Below, one piece after another: positions 36,252-46,100 of a stretch of 64,000 bases of DNA. Both the position numbers and the translations under genes were made by a program. The stretch comes from an uncultured Gammaproteobacteria bacterium (GTDB lineage: Bacteria; Patescibacteriota; Microgenomatia; UBA8517): the NCBI GenBank assembly GCA_964488535.1, contig CAZAUT010000004.1:3409-67408 (forward strand), in the 5' to 3' direction. Under the pieces are notes generated by a model, which saw only the letters and a program-made list of their open reading frames with translations, searched no databases and was not told the DNA's origin. How positions within the stretch are numbered: the stretch's first letter is position 1; every line of letters starts with the position of its first letter.

Positions 36252-37196
36252 TCAAGAAAGAGATTGGTAATACTCAATTGTTTTTTGGAGGCCTTCGTCG
36301 AGGGATACTTTTGGTTCCCAATTAAGAACCTCTTTTGCCTTTGAGATGTCGGGGCGTCTTTTAGTCGGGTCGTCTTTTGGAAGGGGCTTATAAACTATTT
36401 TCGATTTACTGCCGGTCAATTTTCGAATTTTATTTGCGAGCTCCATTACGGTATATTCTCCCGGATTTCCTAAATTAAACACTTCCCCGTTTGTATTTTT
36501 CTCAAGCATTGCCTTATATATCCCTTCAATAAGGTCGGATACATAGCAAAAAGATCTTGTTTGCTCCCCTTTCCCATAAACCGTCAATGGTTCTCCTGAG
36601 AGAGCTTGATTGATAAAATTACTAACCACTCTCCCGTCATCTTTTTGCATACGGGGACCGTAGGTATTAAAAATTCTGATAACCCGCGCATCGAGGTTGT
36701 ATTTATGAATGAAAATATATACAAGAGTTTCGGCAAAACGTTTTGCTTCGTCGTAACAGGAACGTACACCGAAAGTGTTAACGTTTCCCCAATAACTTTC
36801 TTTTTGCGGATGCTCCAGCGGGTCGCCGTAAATTTCGGAAGTTGACGCCAATAAAAACTTGGCTTTATTTTTTACTGCCAGTTTCAATAAATTGTATGTT
36901 CCGACGGAATTTGTAAGGGCTGTTTCTTCGGGGTGGTTTTGATAGTCAACCGGGGAAGCGGGAGAAGCAAGGTGAAATAAAAAGGTAAAAGAGTGAAAGG
37001 GTAAAAGAGTAAAAGGACGGGAAACATCGGCTTTAATGTACTTGAAGTTTTTATTTTTTAACAGGTGTTCGATGTTTTTTTCAGAGCCGGTAAGAAAATT
37101 GTCGAGGCAGATTACGTGGTACCCCCTCTCGAGTAAATATTCGCAAAGATGGCTGCCTAAAAAACCCGCACCACCTGTAACTAACACCCTTTTCAT
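36252..37196 (-). CDS. UDP-glucuronate decarboxylase (UDP-xylose synthase)-like NAD-dependent epimerase/dehydratase
   Basis: GGAGFLGSH Rossmann motif, [19 protein letters not shown] (YxxxK). Strongest similarity pattern is to the UXS/ArnA-decarboxylase subfamily. There is an in-frame TCTTTTAC repeat insertion near HLASPASP. Confidence 0.75.
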   Translation of the reverse strand: MKRVLVTGGAGFLGSHLCEYLLERGYHVICLDNFLTGSEKNIEHLLKNKNFKYIKADVSRPFTLLPFHSFTFLFHLASPASPVDYQNHPEETALTNSVGTYNLLKLAVKNKAKFLLASTSEIYGDPLEHPQKESYWGNVNTFGVRSCYDEAKRFAETLVYIFIHKYNLDARVIRIFNTYGPRMQKDDGRVVSNFINQALSGEPLTVYGKGEQTRSFCYVSDLIEGIYKAMLEKNTNGEVFNLGNPGEYTVMELANKIRKLTGSKSKIVYKPLPKDDPTKRRPDISKAKEVLNWEPKVSLDEGLQKTIEYYQSLS

Positions 37197-37549
37197 ACCC
37201 TACCATTATATGACAAACATTTTTTACCGCCACAGGTAAAGGTGTTAATAAATTATCAAATTATCAAATAATTAAATAATTGAGGGGGTTGGGGGTTCCA
37301 CGCACCAGTAATTTTTTACTGCTTTCCATACTACATGATACATTCTACTTGCTGCCTGACGCTTGTTTACTGTTTACTACTTACTGTTTATACTTAAATT
37401 ATGATTAATACAGTATTTAATGAGTCCATATGGGGTCCCGCCACATTTTCGCACTCGGCTTTAACAATTCTGTTCGAATACGCCTCGTGCCAAAATTATT
37501 GGCGGGCGAACTGAACATCAGGTTTTTACTATACTAAATTCATACTGTT

Positions 37550-38923
37550 ATGGAGACTGTATTTACAGAGTCAATTTGGGGGGATGAAGGATTTTCGGCA
37601 ATTTTGTCAATGAAATCAATTCCGGAGATAATTAAAATTATCTCCCGCGACACCTCTCCCCCTTTATACAACATCACCGAACATTTGGCGTTCCAATATT
37701 TTGGAGTAAATGAAATAACCATACGCGGTTTGTCATTATTTTACTTTCTTCTGTGTCTTCTTTTTGTATATTTGATCACCTCCATGATCTGGAGTAGAAA
37801 AACAGGACTTTTTGCTGTGGTCGCAACAGCACTCAACCCCTTCTTTTTCATTTACGCTTTTGAGGGGCGGATGTATTCAATTTTAGCCCTCGGGGTAACG
37901 GCTTCAATGTATTTTTTCCTGCGGATCTTTTCATTTAAAGGCAAACAGATCGTAAATTATATCGGTTACGTTTTTTTTACGCTCTGGGCAATATATTCAC
38001 ACCATTTTGCTTTTTTTGCCCTTGCTGTTCAGGGGGTTTGGATCATAAAAGAATATTTTTCGGGAAAAAGAAAAACAGCTTTCGGGGTGGTTAAGTCGCT
38101 TGTTGTTGTTGCAGTTCTTTACGCTCCATGGCTCATACCACTGTATAACCAGATGACAATGGTCAAAGGCGGATTCTGGCTTGGTACGCCGACTTTAAAC
38201 GACCTCAAGGTCTTGATTTACGACTACCTCGGACAAGGAATAAAACTTATCAATTTCAATATTCCCGCGCTTAATATGAAAATTTATGAAATCGCCCCTT
38301 ATTTGGTATTTGCAACACTGCTTACCCGAAGGTGGTGGAAAAGTATTGAAAAAACGCTCTTTTTTCTGCTTTGGTTCTTTCTTCCGATCCTGATCACTTG
38401 GGGAATATCGCAAAAGTTTACATCGATATTTTTTAACCGTTATCTTTTATATTCCATACCGGCAGCAATGATAATTTTCGCATCATGCAGAAGCAAAATA
38501 TCTTTTGTTCCCCTTTTTGTGACATTGGCAGTATTTCTTATAATTGACGTCAATTATTTTCTCACTCCCAAAAAGCTTCCCTTCAGACAGATGTCAGAGT
38601 ATGTCAAGGAAACCCTCTCGCCCGGGGATTATCTTATAAATTGGAATTCTTCCGCCCACCATATTTGGGAGACAAAGTTTTACGGTATTCCCGCGCCTCT
38701 TTATATTCCCGGAGATGGGGAACTTCCCTATTATGTCGGAACGGCCTTAATGGAGGAGTCCGATATCATAAGAGAGATTCCGAAAGGAACAGTGAGGGTT
38801 GGAGTTGTCACAAGCGGATCCTTGGACGAAGTGCAACTTTCCGGATATTCTCTATCGGATAAAATGGAGATGGGGAATTTGAAAGTGGGATGGTTTACAA
38901 AGGCACTAGGCACTAGTTACTAG
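37550..38923 (+). CDS. GT-C membrane glycosyltransferase (GT39/PMT_2-like) paralog 4
   Basis: 457 aa and polytopic. N-terminal loop ...GDEGFSAILSMKS... with ArnT-like topology. Weak similarity. Confidence 0.45.
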   Translation: METVFTESIWGDEGFSAILSMKSIPEIIKIISRDTSPPLYNITEHLAFQYFGVNEITIRGLSLFYFLLCLLFVYLITSMIWSRKTGLFAVVATALNPFFFIYAFEGRMYSILALGVTASMYFFLRIFSFKGKQIVNYIGYVFFTLWAIYSHHFAFFALAVQGVWIIKEYFSGKRKTAFGVVKSLVVVAVLYAPWLIPLYNQMTMVKGGFWLGTPTLNDLKVLIYDYLGQGIKLINFNIPALNMKIYEIAPYLVFATLLTRRWWKSIEKTLFFLLWFFLPILITWGISQKFTSIFFNRYLLYSIPAAMIIFASCRSKISFVPLFVTLAVFLIIDVNYFLTPKKLPFRQMSEYVKETLSPGDYLINWNSSAHHIWETKFYGIPAPLYIPGDGELPYYVGTALMEESDIIREIPKGTVRVGVVTSGSLDEVQLSGYSLSDKMEMGNLKVGWFTKALGTSY

Positions 38924-38934
38924 GCACTAGAGAT

Positions 38935-39035
38935 AGAACATAACTCAAAACTTAAAACTCAAAAGTCAAAACTACAACTTAAAACTTAAAGGTTTTTATC
39001 TTTGAGCTTTCGTTTTGAACTTTGAACTTTGAGTT
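38935..39035. repeat. long imperfect hairpin built from AAACTCAAAAG-type units (terminator-like)
   Basis: Left arm AACTCAAAAGTCAAAACTACAACTTAAAACTT, right arm reverse-complementary. A 20-nt exact match (AAAACTCAAAAGTCAAAACT) occurs at 13812, inside a CDS. Confidence 0.6.
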
Positions 39036-40586
39036 TTGAACTGGAGAGTTTGCCGCCGAAAACAGATTCATTTTATTTATTATATGCACTATATCAAACA
39101 AATAAGCAATTTATTCCACATCCCCACCTGGTTATTTGTCGTTTTGGTAGGTGTAGTAATTTTCCGTATTCCTACCCTTTTTGAACCGTATTCGTATGGG
39201 GATGAAACAATTTATTTGACACTGGGACAAGGAATAAGGCGGGGGGTAATCTTGTACAAAGACCTGCACGACAACAAACCACCTCTTCTTTATCTTACTG
39301 CTGCCATTGCCGGAAATATTTTTTGGTTCAAAGTAGTACTTCTGACAACCTCACTTCTTACAGTCACATTGTTTTGGAAATTTACGGAAAAATTATATCC
39401 AAATATAAAACAATTTCCCATGATATCGACAGTTGTATTCGCGGTTTTAACTACCTTTTCCTTCATGGAAGGAGGCGTTGCAAATGCGGAAAATTTCATG
39501 ATTCTTCCGACTCTACTCGCCTTTTATATTTTACTTAACAGGGGCAATACTTACAAAAATATCTTTATTTCAGGGGTACTTTTGTCTATATCCACCCTTT
39601 ATAAAGTTCCTGCGATTTTTGATGTTCCTGCGATAATTTTTTATTGGCTTCTTTTTGTAAAATTCACAAAAAAAGATTTGTCTGCCTTGGCCAAAAAGAC
39701 GGGCGTATTGCTTTTGGGGATCGCCACCCCTATTGCCTTAACGTTTTTTTACTACACCCTAAAGGGGGCTTTCTATGAATATTTGGTCGCGGGATACTTA
39801 CAAAACTTCGGCTATCTGTCAAGTTGGAGACCGGACGACAAAACAGAGCCGTTTCTGGTTAAAAACGCCCCGCTTCTGATAAGGGCAGGAATAGTGTTTA
39901 TAATCAACGCCTGTCTTTTTACTCTTCGAAAAAAAGTTGATAAAAAATTTCTTTTTCTTGTTTCGTGGATCACATTTGCCGGATTTGCCATAACACTTTC
40001 CGAAAGGCCGTACCCTCACTACCTTTTGCAGGCAGCTTCACCAATATCTTCTGTTTTTGCACTTCTTTTTACGAGCGTTTCTATGGTCCAGGTTTATTCT
40101 GTTTTGGTCTTGACAATATTTTTCTTTATTCCGATGCATTACCGTTTTTGGCATTACAGAACAAGCTCATATTTGGGAAACTTCATCAGTTTTGCTGTTG
40201 GTAAAACAAATAAAAGTGAGTATTTTGATACTTTCGGCGGGAGAACAAGAGCCAATTACGAAATTGCGGGAATAATATCGCGAATGACAGATAAAAACGA
40301 TCGCATTTTTGTCTGGGAGGACTCGGCACAGGTGTATGCAATATCAGGCCGTCTCCCGGCAATTAAATACACATCGGGATACCATATCACCGATTTTTCA
40401 ACAATAGAAGCCGAAATTTCAAATTTGCAAAAGAACCCGCCGAAAGTTGTCGTAATTTTTCCCTCATCCAATCCCCCACCTGAATTAAACGCTTTTGTAA
40501 AAGGCAGTTACATTCTTTACAAAGAAACAGCGAACTACCAAATATTCAAATACGCTGGAGAATATTCAAGATTTATTATTGAATAA
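39036..40586 (+). CDS. GT-C membrane glycosyltransferase (ArnT/GT39/GT83-like) paralog 5
   Basis: 516 aa. Loop motif PTLFEPYSYGDETIYLTLGQ...DNKPPLLY (DE motif) after transmembrane segment 1. The real start is possibly the internal MHYIKQ. Confidence 0.5.
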   Translation: MNWRVCRRKQIHFIYYMHYIKQISNLFHIPTWLFVVLVGVVIFRIPTLFEPYSYGDETIYLTLGQGIRRGVILYKDLHDNKPPLLYLTAAIAGNIFWFKVVLLTTSLLTVTLFWKFTEKLYPNIKQFPMISTVVFAVLTTFSFMEGGVANAENFMILPTLLAFYILLNRGNTYKNIFISGVLLSISTLYKVPAIFDVPAIIFYWLLFVKFTKKDLSALAKKTGVLLLGIATPIALTFFYYTLKGAFYEYLVAGYLQNFGYLSSWRPDDKTEPFLVKNAPLLIRAGIVFIINACLFTLRKKVDKKFLFLVSWITFAGFAITLSERPYPHYLLQAASPISSVFALLFTSVSMVQVYSVLVLTIFFFIPMHYRFWHYRTSSYLGNFISFAVGKTNKSEYFDTFGGRTRANYEIAGIISRMTDKNDRIFVWEDSAQVYAISGRLPAIKYTSGYHITDFSTIEAEISNLQKNPPKVVVIFPSSNPPPELNAFVKGSYILYKETANYQIFKYAGEYSRFIIE

Positions 40587-40789
40587 TGACACGTTTCTTG
40601 CGTAAGGTTTTCTGCTTTCTTATTACTTTTGACAAAGGATGCTTGTTGCCGATAACGGATCCTCTGAATTTCTTTCACATATGACCAATCTGCAAACAAA
40701 AAGGTCTTTTTCTTTAAGCTTGGAGTTATAATGACAATCTTTCAAAAAGGAAAGAAAAGAAAGTGTGGGCGTGGTAAAATCAAGTTAAT

Positions 40790-41203
40790 ATGAAAAAGGG
40801 AAAAAAAATAAAATCGGTAAAAATGAAAGTTGCCGGGAAGCCTTTTTCGCTTGAACTGAAGAAAAAACTGCAGGCAAAGTCCATCCCTTTTCTTTACCCG
40901 GTAATGGCAGTTATTGCACTAAATATTATTCTGATAATTTTTATTGTTTTATCTTTGGACAAGTTGCCGCCCGAGGTTCCATTATATTACGGCCTTCCCA
41001 GAGGCGAACAGCAGCTTGCGTCTCCAGTCGAACTAATTCTCCCGCTTGCAATATCCAGCGTCTTTATTGGAATAAATGTTATGACTTCCCTTTTCATCAA
41101 ACCCGTTTATATAAAAAATATTCTTTCGGTAAGCGGTGTATTTTTCTCCGTAATGGCGATAATTACCGTTGTCAGAATAATAATGGTCGTATTGGGAGTT
41201 TAA
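40790..41203 (+). CDS. hypothetical small membrane protein
   Basis: ORF plus 3 transmembrane segments. Confidence 0.3.
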   Translation: MKKGKKIKSVKMKVAGKPFSLELKKKLQAKSIPFLYPVMAVIALNIILIIFIVLSLDKLPPEVPLYYGLPRGEQQLASPVELILPLAISSVFIGINVMTSLFIKPVYIKNILSVSGVFFSVMAIITVVRIIMVVLGV

Positions 41204-41252
41204 ACATTAATTTAATACATTACGATCCATTTAAATATCCTGCGTTCTGTAT

Positions 41253-42353
41253 TTGCAGACAGTGTCGGGAAATTTATTTGTTATGAATATTTTTGAACAT
41301 ATCATACTTCCTTTCTTGGTACCGTTTCTCCTGTCTTATTGGATAACTCCATCTGTAATCAGATTTGCAGAAAAAGCGGGTATTATTGATGACCCGTCAA
41401 AAAACAAACATCCGAAAGTAATTCACACCCGCCCTACCCCGAGAGGTGGTGGAATCGCTGTCTTTTGGTCAACTTTTATTGGTATTTTAATCTTTCTTCC
41501 TTTAGACAGGCATGTTGCTGCAATACTTATAGGGGCAGCCATATTAACTTTGATGGGGTTTTTGGATGACAAATATAATATTAACCCCTATCTCAGAATA
41601 GGTATTCAGTTTGCAGCTGCGGCCATACCAATCGCTTCAGGCATCGGAATTGGCTTTCTCTCCAACCCTCTGGGGGGTGGCATAATCGACCTTGCCAATC
41701 CGTATTTTTCGATTAATATTTTTGGTGTTTCGAAAAATATTTGGTTTGCAGGCGATGTTTTTGCTCTTTTTTGGATAGTTATACTGATGAATTTTCTTAA
41801 CATGGGAGCTAAAGGTGTTGACGGACAGCTACCCGGTGTTGCCGGCGTTGCTGCACTATCGATTTCCGCGCTTTCTTTAAGATTTTCTGCCGACATTACC
41901 GAATGGCCTGTTATCATTTTGTCTTTAATTGTTGCCGGGGCCTTTTTTGGCTTTTTGCCGTATAACGCATTTCCGCAAAGAATAATGCCTTCATTTTCCG
42001 GATCGAATCTGGCAGGATATTATCTTGGAATACTTTCAATTCTTTCTACTACCAAAGTCGGAACCCTGTTGATCGTTTTAGGAATTCCTTTGATTGATAC
42101 GGGCTACACCATTGTCCGCCGGATGGCTTCGGGAAAATCCCCTGTCTGGGGAGACAGAGGACATTTGCACCACAAACTACTGGATCTGGGGTTGTCTAAA
42201 AAACAAGTCTCTTATTTTTACTGGATATCTTCGGGGCTTCTTGGTATTTTTTCGATATTTCTTACCAGTACTTACAAATTGTATACTGTTATCGGACTGG
42301 TTGCCTTATTGGGAGGATTTTTTATAATTTATTCGAAAAAATCACGCACGTAG
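41253..42353 (+). CDS. polyprenyl-phosphate N-acetylhexosamine-1-phosphate transferase (WecA/MraY family, Glycos_transf_4)
   Basis: Conserved DDxxD-like GFLDDKYNINP, NFLNMGAKGVDGQLPGVAGVAA and PxxxxG motifs, about 10 transmembrane segments. Confidence 0.75.
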   Translation: MQTVSGNLFVMNIFEHIILPFLVPFLLSYWITPSVIRFAEKAGIIDDPSKNKHPKVIHTRPTPRGGGIAVFWSTFIGILIFLPLDRHVAAILIGAAILTLMGFLDDKYNINPYLRIGIQFAAAAIPIASGIGIGFLSNPLGGGIIDLANPYFSINIFGVSKNIWFAGDVFALFWIVILMNFLNMGAKGVDGQLPGVAGVAALSISALSLRFSADITEWPVIILSLIVAGAFFGFLPYNAFPQRIMPSFSGSNLAGYYLGILSILSTTKVGTLLIVLGIPLIDTGYTIVRRMASGKSPVWGDRGHLHHKLLDLGLSKKQVSYFYWISSGLLGIFSIFLTSTYKLYTVIGLVALLGGFFIIYSKKSRT

Positions 42354-42427
42354 ACATTGAGAACGTTTAACATCACGGCGGGGACCCTTTCAGGCAAACG
42401 GTAAAAATCAAGAAAAACAACGCCAAT

Positions 42428-43357
42428 ATGACCAATATTCTAATACAGATGATCCGCATCACAAGACCTGTTCACTGGATTAAGAACCTTTCATTATTCG
42501 CAGCAATCTTTTTTACATCCAAACTCTTTGAACCCAGACTCTTAAATACCGTCTCGATGGCCTTTTTATCCTTCAATTTTGTGACTTCCGCTTCCTATAT
42601 TCTCAACGACATAATTGATGCCGAAAAGGACAGAAACCATCCTGTGAAAAAAAACCGCCCTATCGCTTCCGGAAAACTGCCTGTTTATATTGCTGCAGTG
42701 GAAGGACTGTTTCTTTTGCTTCTTGCTTTCGTTTTTTCATATAAACTTAATTTCCTTTTTCACCTCTCGCTCACTGCGTATGTCGTTCTGCAAATATTGT
42801 ATAGCACTGTACTCAAAAATATTTCCATACTCGACATCCTTACAATTGCTTTTGGTTTTGTTATAAGAATATATGCCGGAGCTTTTGTCATTAATGCTCA
42901 CCTGTCGGTTTGGTTTCTGCTTTGTGTTATCTCGGCTGCACTCTTTCTGGCAGCAGGCAAAAGAAGATCAGAACTGAACATAACGGAATCCATCGGCGGT
43001 ACTACCAGAAAGGCTCTTTCAAAGTACAGCCGGGAACTTCTCAATTCGTATGTAACAATGTTCGGTAACGCCGCCTGGCTTTCGTGGGCTTTATTTTCTT
43101 TCTTTGAATCTCCCAGGGCTTCACTTGGGATATGGCTTTTTCTGGCAGAGATATCCAAAACAACAACAATCGATAAAATATTGATGTCGACTATCCCGAT
43201 TGCCATCTATGGGATTATGAGGTATGAAAGCATAATCTTCGAAGGAAAAAGCGAAGCTCCGGAAAAGATACTTATCGCGGATAGAGGACTGATGATTTCG
43301 ATCTTTCTCTGGCTGGGGATAGTTTATTGGGTATTTTATGTAGCGGTAGTCCCCTAA
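42428..43357 (+). CDS. UbiA-family prenyltransferase, decaprenyl-phosphate phosphoribosyltransferase (DPPR synthase)-like
   Basis: NDIIDAEKDRNHPVKKNRPIASG matches the NDxxDxxxDRxHPxKxxRPIAxG motif of the Rv3806c-type branch. 9 transmembrane segments. Confidence 0.65.
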   Translation: MTNILIQMIRITRPVHWIKNLSLFAAIFFTSKLFEPRLLNTVSMAFLSFNFVTSASYILNDIIDAEKDRNHPVKKNRPIASGKLPVYIAAVEGLFLLLLAFVFSYKLNFLFHLSLTAYVVLQILYSTVLKNISILDILTIAFGFVIRIYAGAFVINAHLSVWFLLCVISAALFLAAGKRRSELNITESIGGTTRKALSKYSRELLNSYVTMFGNAAWLSWALFSFFESPRASLGIWLFLAEISKTTTIDKILMSTIPIAIYGIMRYESIIFEGKSEAPEKILIADRGLMISIFLWLGIVYWVFYVAVVP

Positions 43358-43369
43358 GATGCCTCTAGG

Positions 43370-44239
43370 TTAATTTGTCAACTTTCCTGCCTGCGAAGCC
43401 GAAGATGTTGACGTTTTCTCGACTACTTTTGCATATTGGCTTGTGATCCATCCGATAACGTCTTTTTTAAGGCTGATCTTAAACCAGTCTCCATCCTTGT
43501 CCTCTTCAAGCAAAGAATATTCCTCTCCCGGTTTTACCTGACCAATCTCTTTCGCTGAAGATGAAGCGCTTTCTCTTACTCTTAAAAAACCAGTCGGGGT
43601 TGAAAGAATTTTTACAATTTTTTCTACCGGTTTTTGTTCTTCTTTGATAACCTGCGGTTTAGCCTCTTCTTTCGAAAGTTTTACAATGGCGATTAATTTT
43701 AAACCTTTCTTAACATCAACTTTTATTGAACGTTCTTTATAACCATTAAGGGAAAGTCTCAGGATGTTTTCCCCTAAAGATACGGAGCCTGAGGTGTAGG
43801 GTGTGGTTCCGACGCTGACGGAATTAATTTCCGTTTTAACATTATCCGGATCTGTTACGATCATAATGCCAACCGAATCGTCCGACGACAACTTCTCGAA
43901 AGACAGAATTTCTCCCTCTGTTTGGTCTTCGTTTAATCCGAAATATCTTCTCACCACAGTTTCGACACCGGAAACAAGATTAATTTTTTCCTCAAAAGCC
44001 GGAAGCGGTTCCCCGAAAGTATCGGGTATAAGCCTGAGCGTAAACTCTCCCGGTTTTCTTATCGATGAGTAGGGAGTTCTCCCCACCTCTTCACCGTTGA
44101 TATAAACGGTGGATGCAGGACTTGTTTCCACCAAAAGACCTCCCGCTTTCGGAGTAACAAAGTTAAATACCGCGAGGATAACGCCCGTAACGGCAAAGAC
44201 TACTAAAAGCATGCTGAAAACCAATCTCGTCCTGTTCAT
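43370..44239 (-). CDS. membrane-anchored PEGA-domain / SH3b-domain protein
   Basis: N-terminal transmembrane segment, two PEGA-like repeats (PASTVYINGEEVGRTPY; VSVGTTPYTSG) and C-terminal SH3b-like DGDWFKISLKKDVIGWI. Confidence 0.45.
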   Translation of the reverse strand: MNRTRLVFSMLLVVFAVTGVILAVFNFVTPKAGGLLVETSPASTVYINGEEVGRTPYSSIRKPGEFTLRLIPDTFGEPLPAFEEKINLVSGVETVVRRYFGLNEDQTEGEILSFEKLSSDDSVGIMIVTDPDNVKTEINSVSVGTTPYTSGSVSLGENILRLSLNGYKERSIKVDVKKGLKLIAIVKLSKEEAKPQVIKEEQKPVEKIVKILSTPTGFLRVRESASSSAKEIGQVKPGEEYSLLEEDKDGDWFKISLKKDVIGWITSQYAKVVEKTSTSSASQAGKLTN

Positions 44240-44394
44240 TCTATAGGGTATTCTTAAATATTAAATCAAGACTATAAGTTAGTACACTACTGCTAACCGA
44301 GGATTGTATCAAAGAAACTGAGGCTTGACAACACAAAACGATATCTATAATATATTTTAGCACTCGGATAACGTAAGTGCTAATGCACTTACTA

Positions 44395-44480
44395 GGGTAA
44401 AAGAGTAAAAAGGTAAAAGAGTAAAAGTTTAAAAATAATATTTTTACCTTTTCACCCTCTCGCTCTTTTACTCTGAGAGT
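44395..44480. repeat. hairpin of GTAAAAGAG units (GGTAAAAGAGTAAAAAGGTAAAAGAGTAAAAG ... CTCTTTTACTC)
   Basis: Inverted arms. The unit recurs at 36966-37010, inside the UXS-like CDS. Confidence 0.6.
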
Positions 44481-44610
44481 TTTGGGGTTTGCCCTTCCAA
44501 AGCTCGATATTAAAAAAAATAATATTTTAAGGTTAATTAATATAATTGGACCCTCCTACGCATAAGCAAAGCTTAAGATTGGATCAAAAAGCTACGGAGG
44601 GCGAAGGGGG

Positions 44611-45024
44611 GTGATACATATGGCCGATTTAGTAAAACGTGATCCTTTCAGAAGCTTGTTTTCTTTTCCACGCTGGATGGACGATTTTGATGATCTGTCT
44701 TTTTCCGCTCAGCGCGGTCTTAAGGTCCATGAAACAGACAAAGACATTGTTGTCGAAGCCGTTGTTGCCGGAGTTCCGGCGGGCGACGTTGATATAAACG
44801 TTGACGACGGCGTCTTGACAATAAAGGCCGAAAGGTCGGAGGAAACTAAAAAGAAGGGTCTGTATAAATCATCGTCTTATCAGTATTACTACACATGCGC
44901 CCTTTCGGGTGGTGCTTGGGACAAGGCTGATGCGGATTTTGAAGACGGAGTTGTGACAATCACCATTCCAAAAACAGAAGCTGCAAAACCGAGAAAAATT
45001 ACAGTAAAGGCGAAGGGAAAATAA
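44611..45024 (+). CDS. small heat-shock protein (Hsp20/alpha-crystallin)
   Basis: ACD core: GLKVHETDKDIVVEAVVAGV...GVLTIKAE...GVVTITIPK. Confidence 0.8.
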   Translation: MIHMADLVKRDPFRSLFSFPRWMDDFDDLSFSAQRGLKVHETDKDIVVEAVVAGVPAGDVDINVDDGVLTIKAERSEETKKKGLYKSSSYQYYYTCALSGGAWDKADADFEDGVVTITIPKTEAAKPRKITVKAKGK

Positions 45025-45309
45025 CAAGATATTAAGATACTAAGATATTGAGATATTAAGATATCGGGCGAAAGCGAAAAGGTAAGAGTTGTATGTAGAA
45101 AAGGTAGAAATGGTAAAAAAGTATCCAGAACTGGAAAGTGGTTAATGGGCAAAAGAAAGTAGTTAAAGAAATTAGAAAATTGAAAACAAATTTCTAATTT
45201 CCTTTTTCAATTACTGTTTTCAAATTTCCAACAACATTTTTCGTTGAAAAACTCCACCCATGCGGTGGGGTTTTTCATTTGGTTAAAGATAATGTAAAAT
45301 ATACTCCGT

Positions 45310-45383
45310 GGCCGGATGGTGAAGTGGCCTAACACGACGGTCTGCAAAACCGTTACTCGCGGGTTCAACTCCCGCTCCGGCCT
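45310..45383 (+). tRNA. tRNA-Cys (GCA)
   Basis: Hand-folded. Acceptor GGCCGGA/TCCGGCC, anticodon stem ACGGT/ACCGT with loop CTGCAAA (anticodon GCA), T-arm GCGGG-TTCAACT-CCCGC, discriminator T. CCA is not encoded. Confidence 0.75.
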
Positions 45384-45495
45384 CAAGAAATTTATCTTAC
45401 TTCTTTATTTTTTACTCTTTGAAGAGAATCAAGAGTGTTGTTTTCAAATTTTTCTTCTCCTACCATACCAATAGTAATTATAATAGTCTATCCCT

Positions 45496-45711
45496 TTATT
45501 CCAATTCGTCCCTCAACTTCTCTCCTTCAAACGGAAGTTTGAACATTGGGGCAAGAAGGCAGACATCAAAAAGAGCTGTAAAAAACGGCAAAAGGCCGAT
45601 TACAACAAGAACAGGTGAAACAAAAAGTCCCATCGCCGTTATCAACGAACCGCCCAAAAAACGAACTGTTCTTCCGTCGCCTGACGCCATGTACTTAAGA
45701 ATTTTTTTCAT
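45496..45711 (-). CDS. hypothetical small membrane protein
   Basis: 71 aa with one hydrophobic segment. Preferred over the overlapping low-complexity plus-strand ORF. Confidence 0.3.
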   Translation of the reverse strand: MKKILKYMASGDGRTVRFLGGSLITAMGLFVSPVLVVIGLLPFFTALFDVCLLAPMFKLPFEGEKLRDELE

Positions 45712-46042
45712 ATTCCTCTTCTCTATTAATAACGAATGTTCGGTGTGTTTACAGATCGCACTTAATTTACGATGGAACCAATGGACCTAAAGTTTAATAT
45801 ATAGTTTATTCAAAATACAGAGCTGAAAACGGTAAGACACGGTTATATTAAGTTGTCCCTTTTATTGACCTCGTCGAAATGTTTGCGTATATTCCAAAAC
45901 CATGTAGGCTGTGTACAACCAGACAACCCGCGTATTCTAATCTCATTGTCCATAATGCGAAACTGTTTCACTCAGGAAGTCAAAAAAAATCAAAAAACCT
46001 ATGTTTCACCCTTTGAATCCCGCCGTGGTGTCTAATTTCAAC

Positions 46043-46100
46043 CAGAGCATCTAAGTCGTCTTAAAAAGACAACTCCGCCTCTGGTCTTTTTGTAAAGCGT
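46043..46100 (+). terminator. rho-independent terminator-like hairpin (ACCAGAG...CTCTGGT followed by CTTTTTG)
   Basis: 7-bp outer stem with an internal sub-stem, then a T-run. Confidence 0.4.

Noticed and set aside
45419-45790. 123-aa plus-strand ORF downstream of tRNA-Cys
   Set aside because: Low-complexity Ser/Asn-rich translation. It overlaps a more plausible minus-strand small membrane ORF. No motif.
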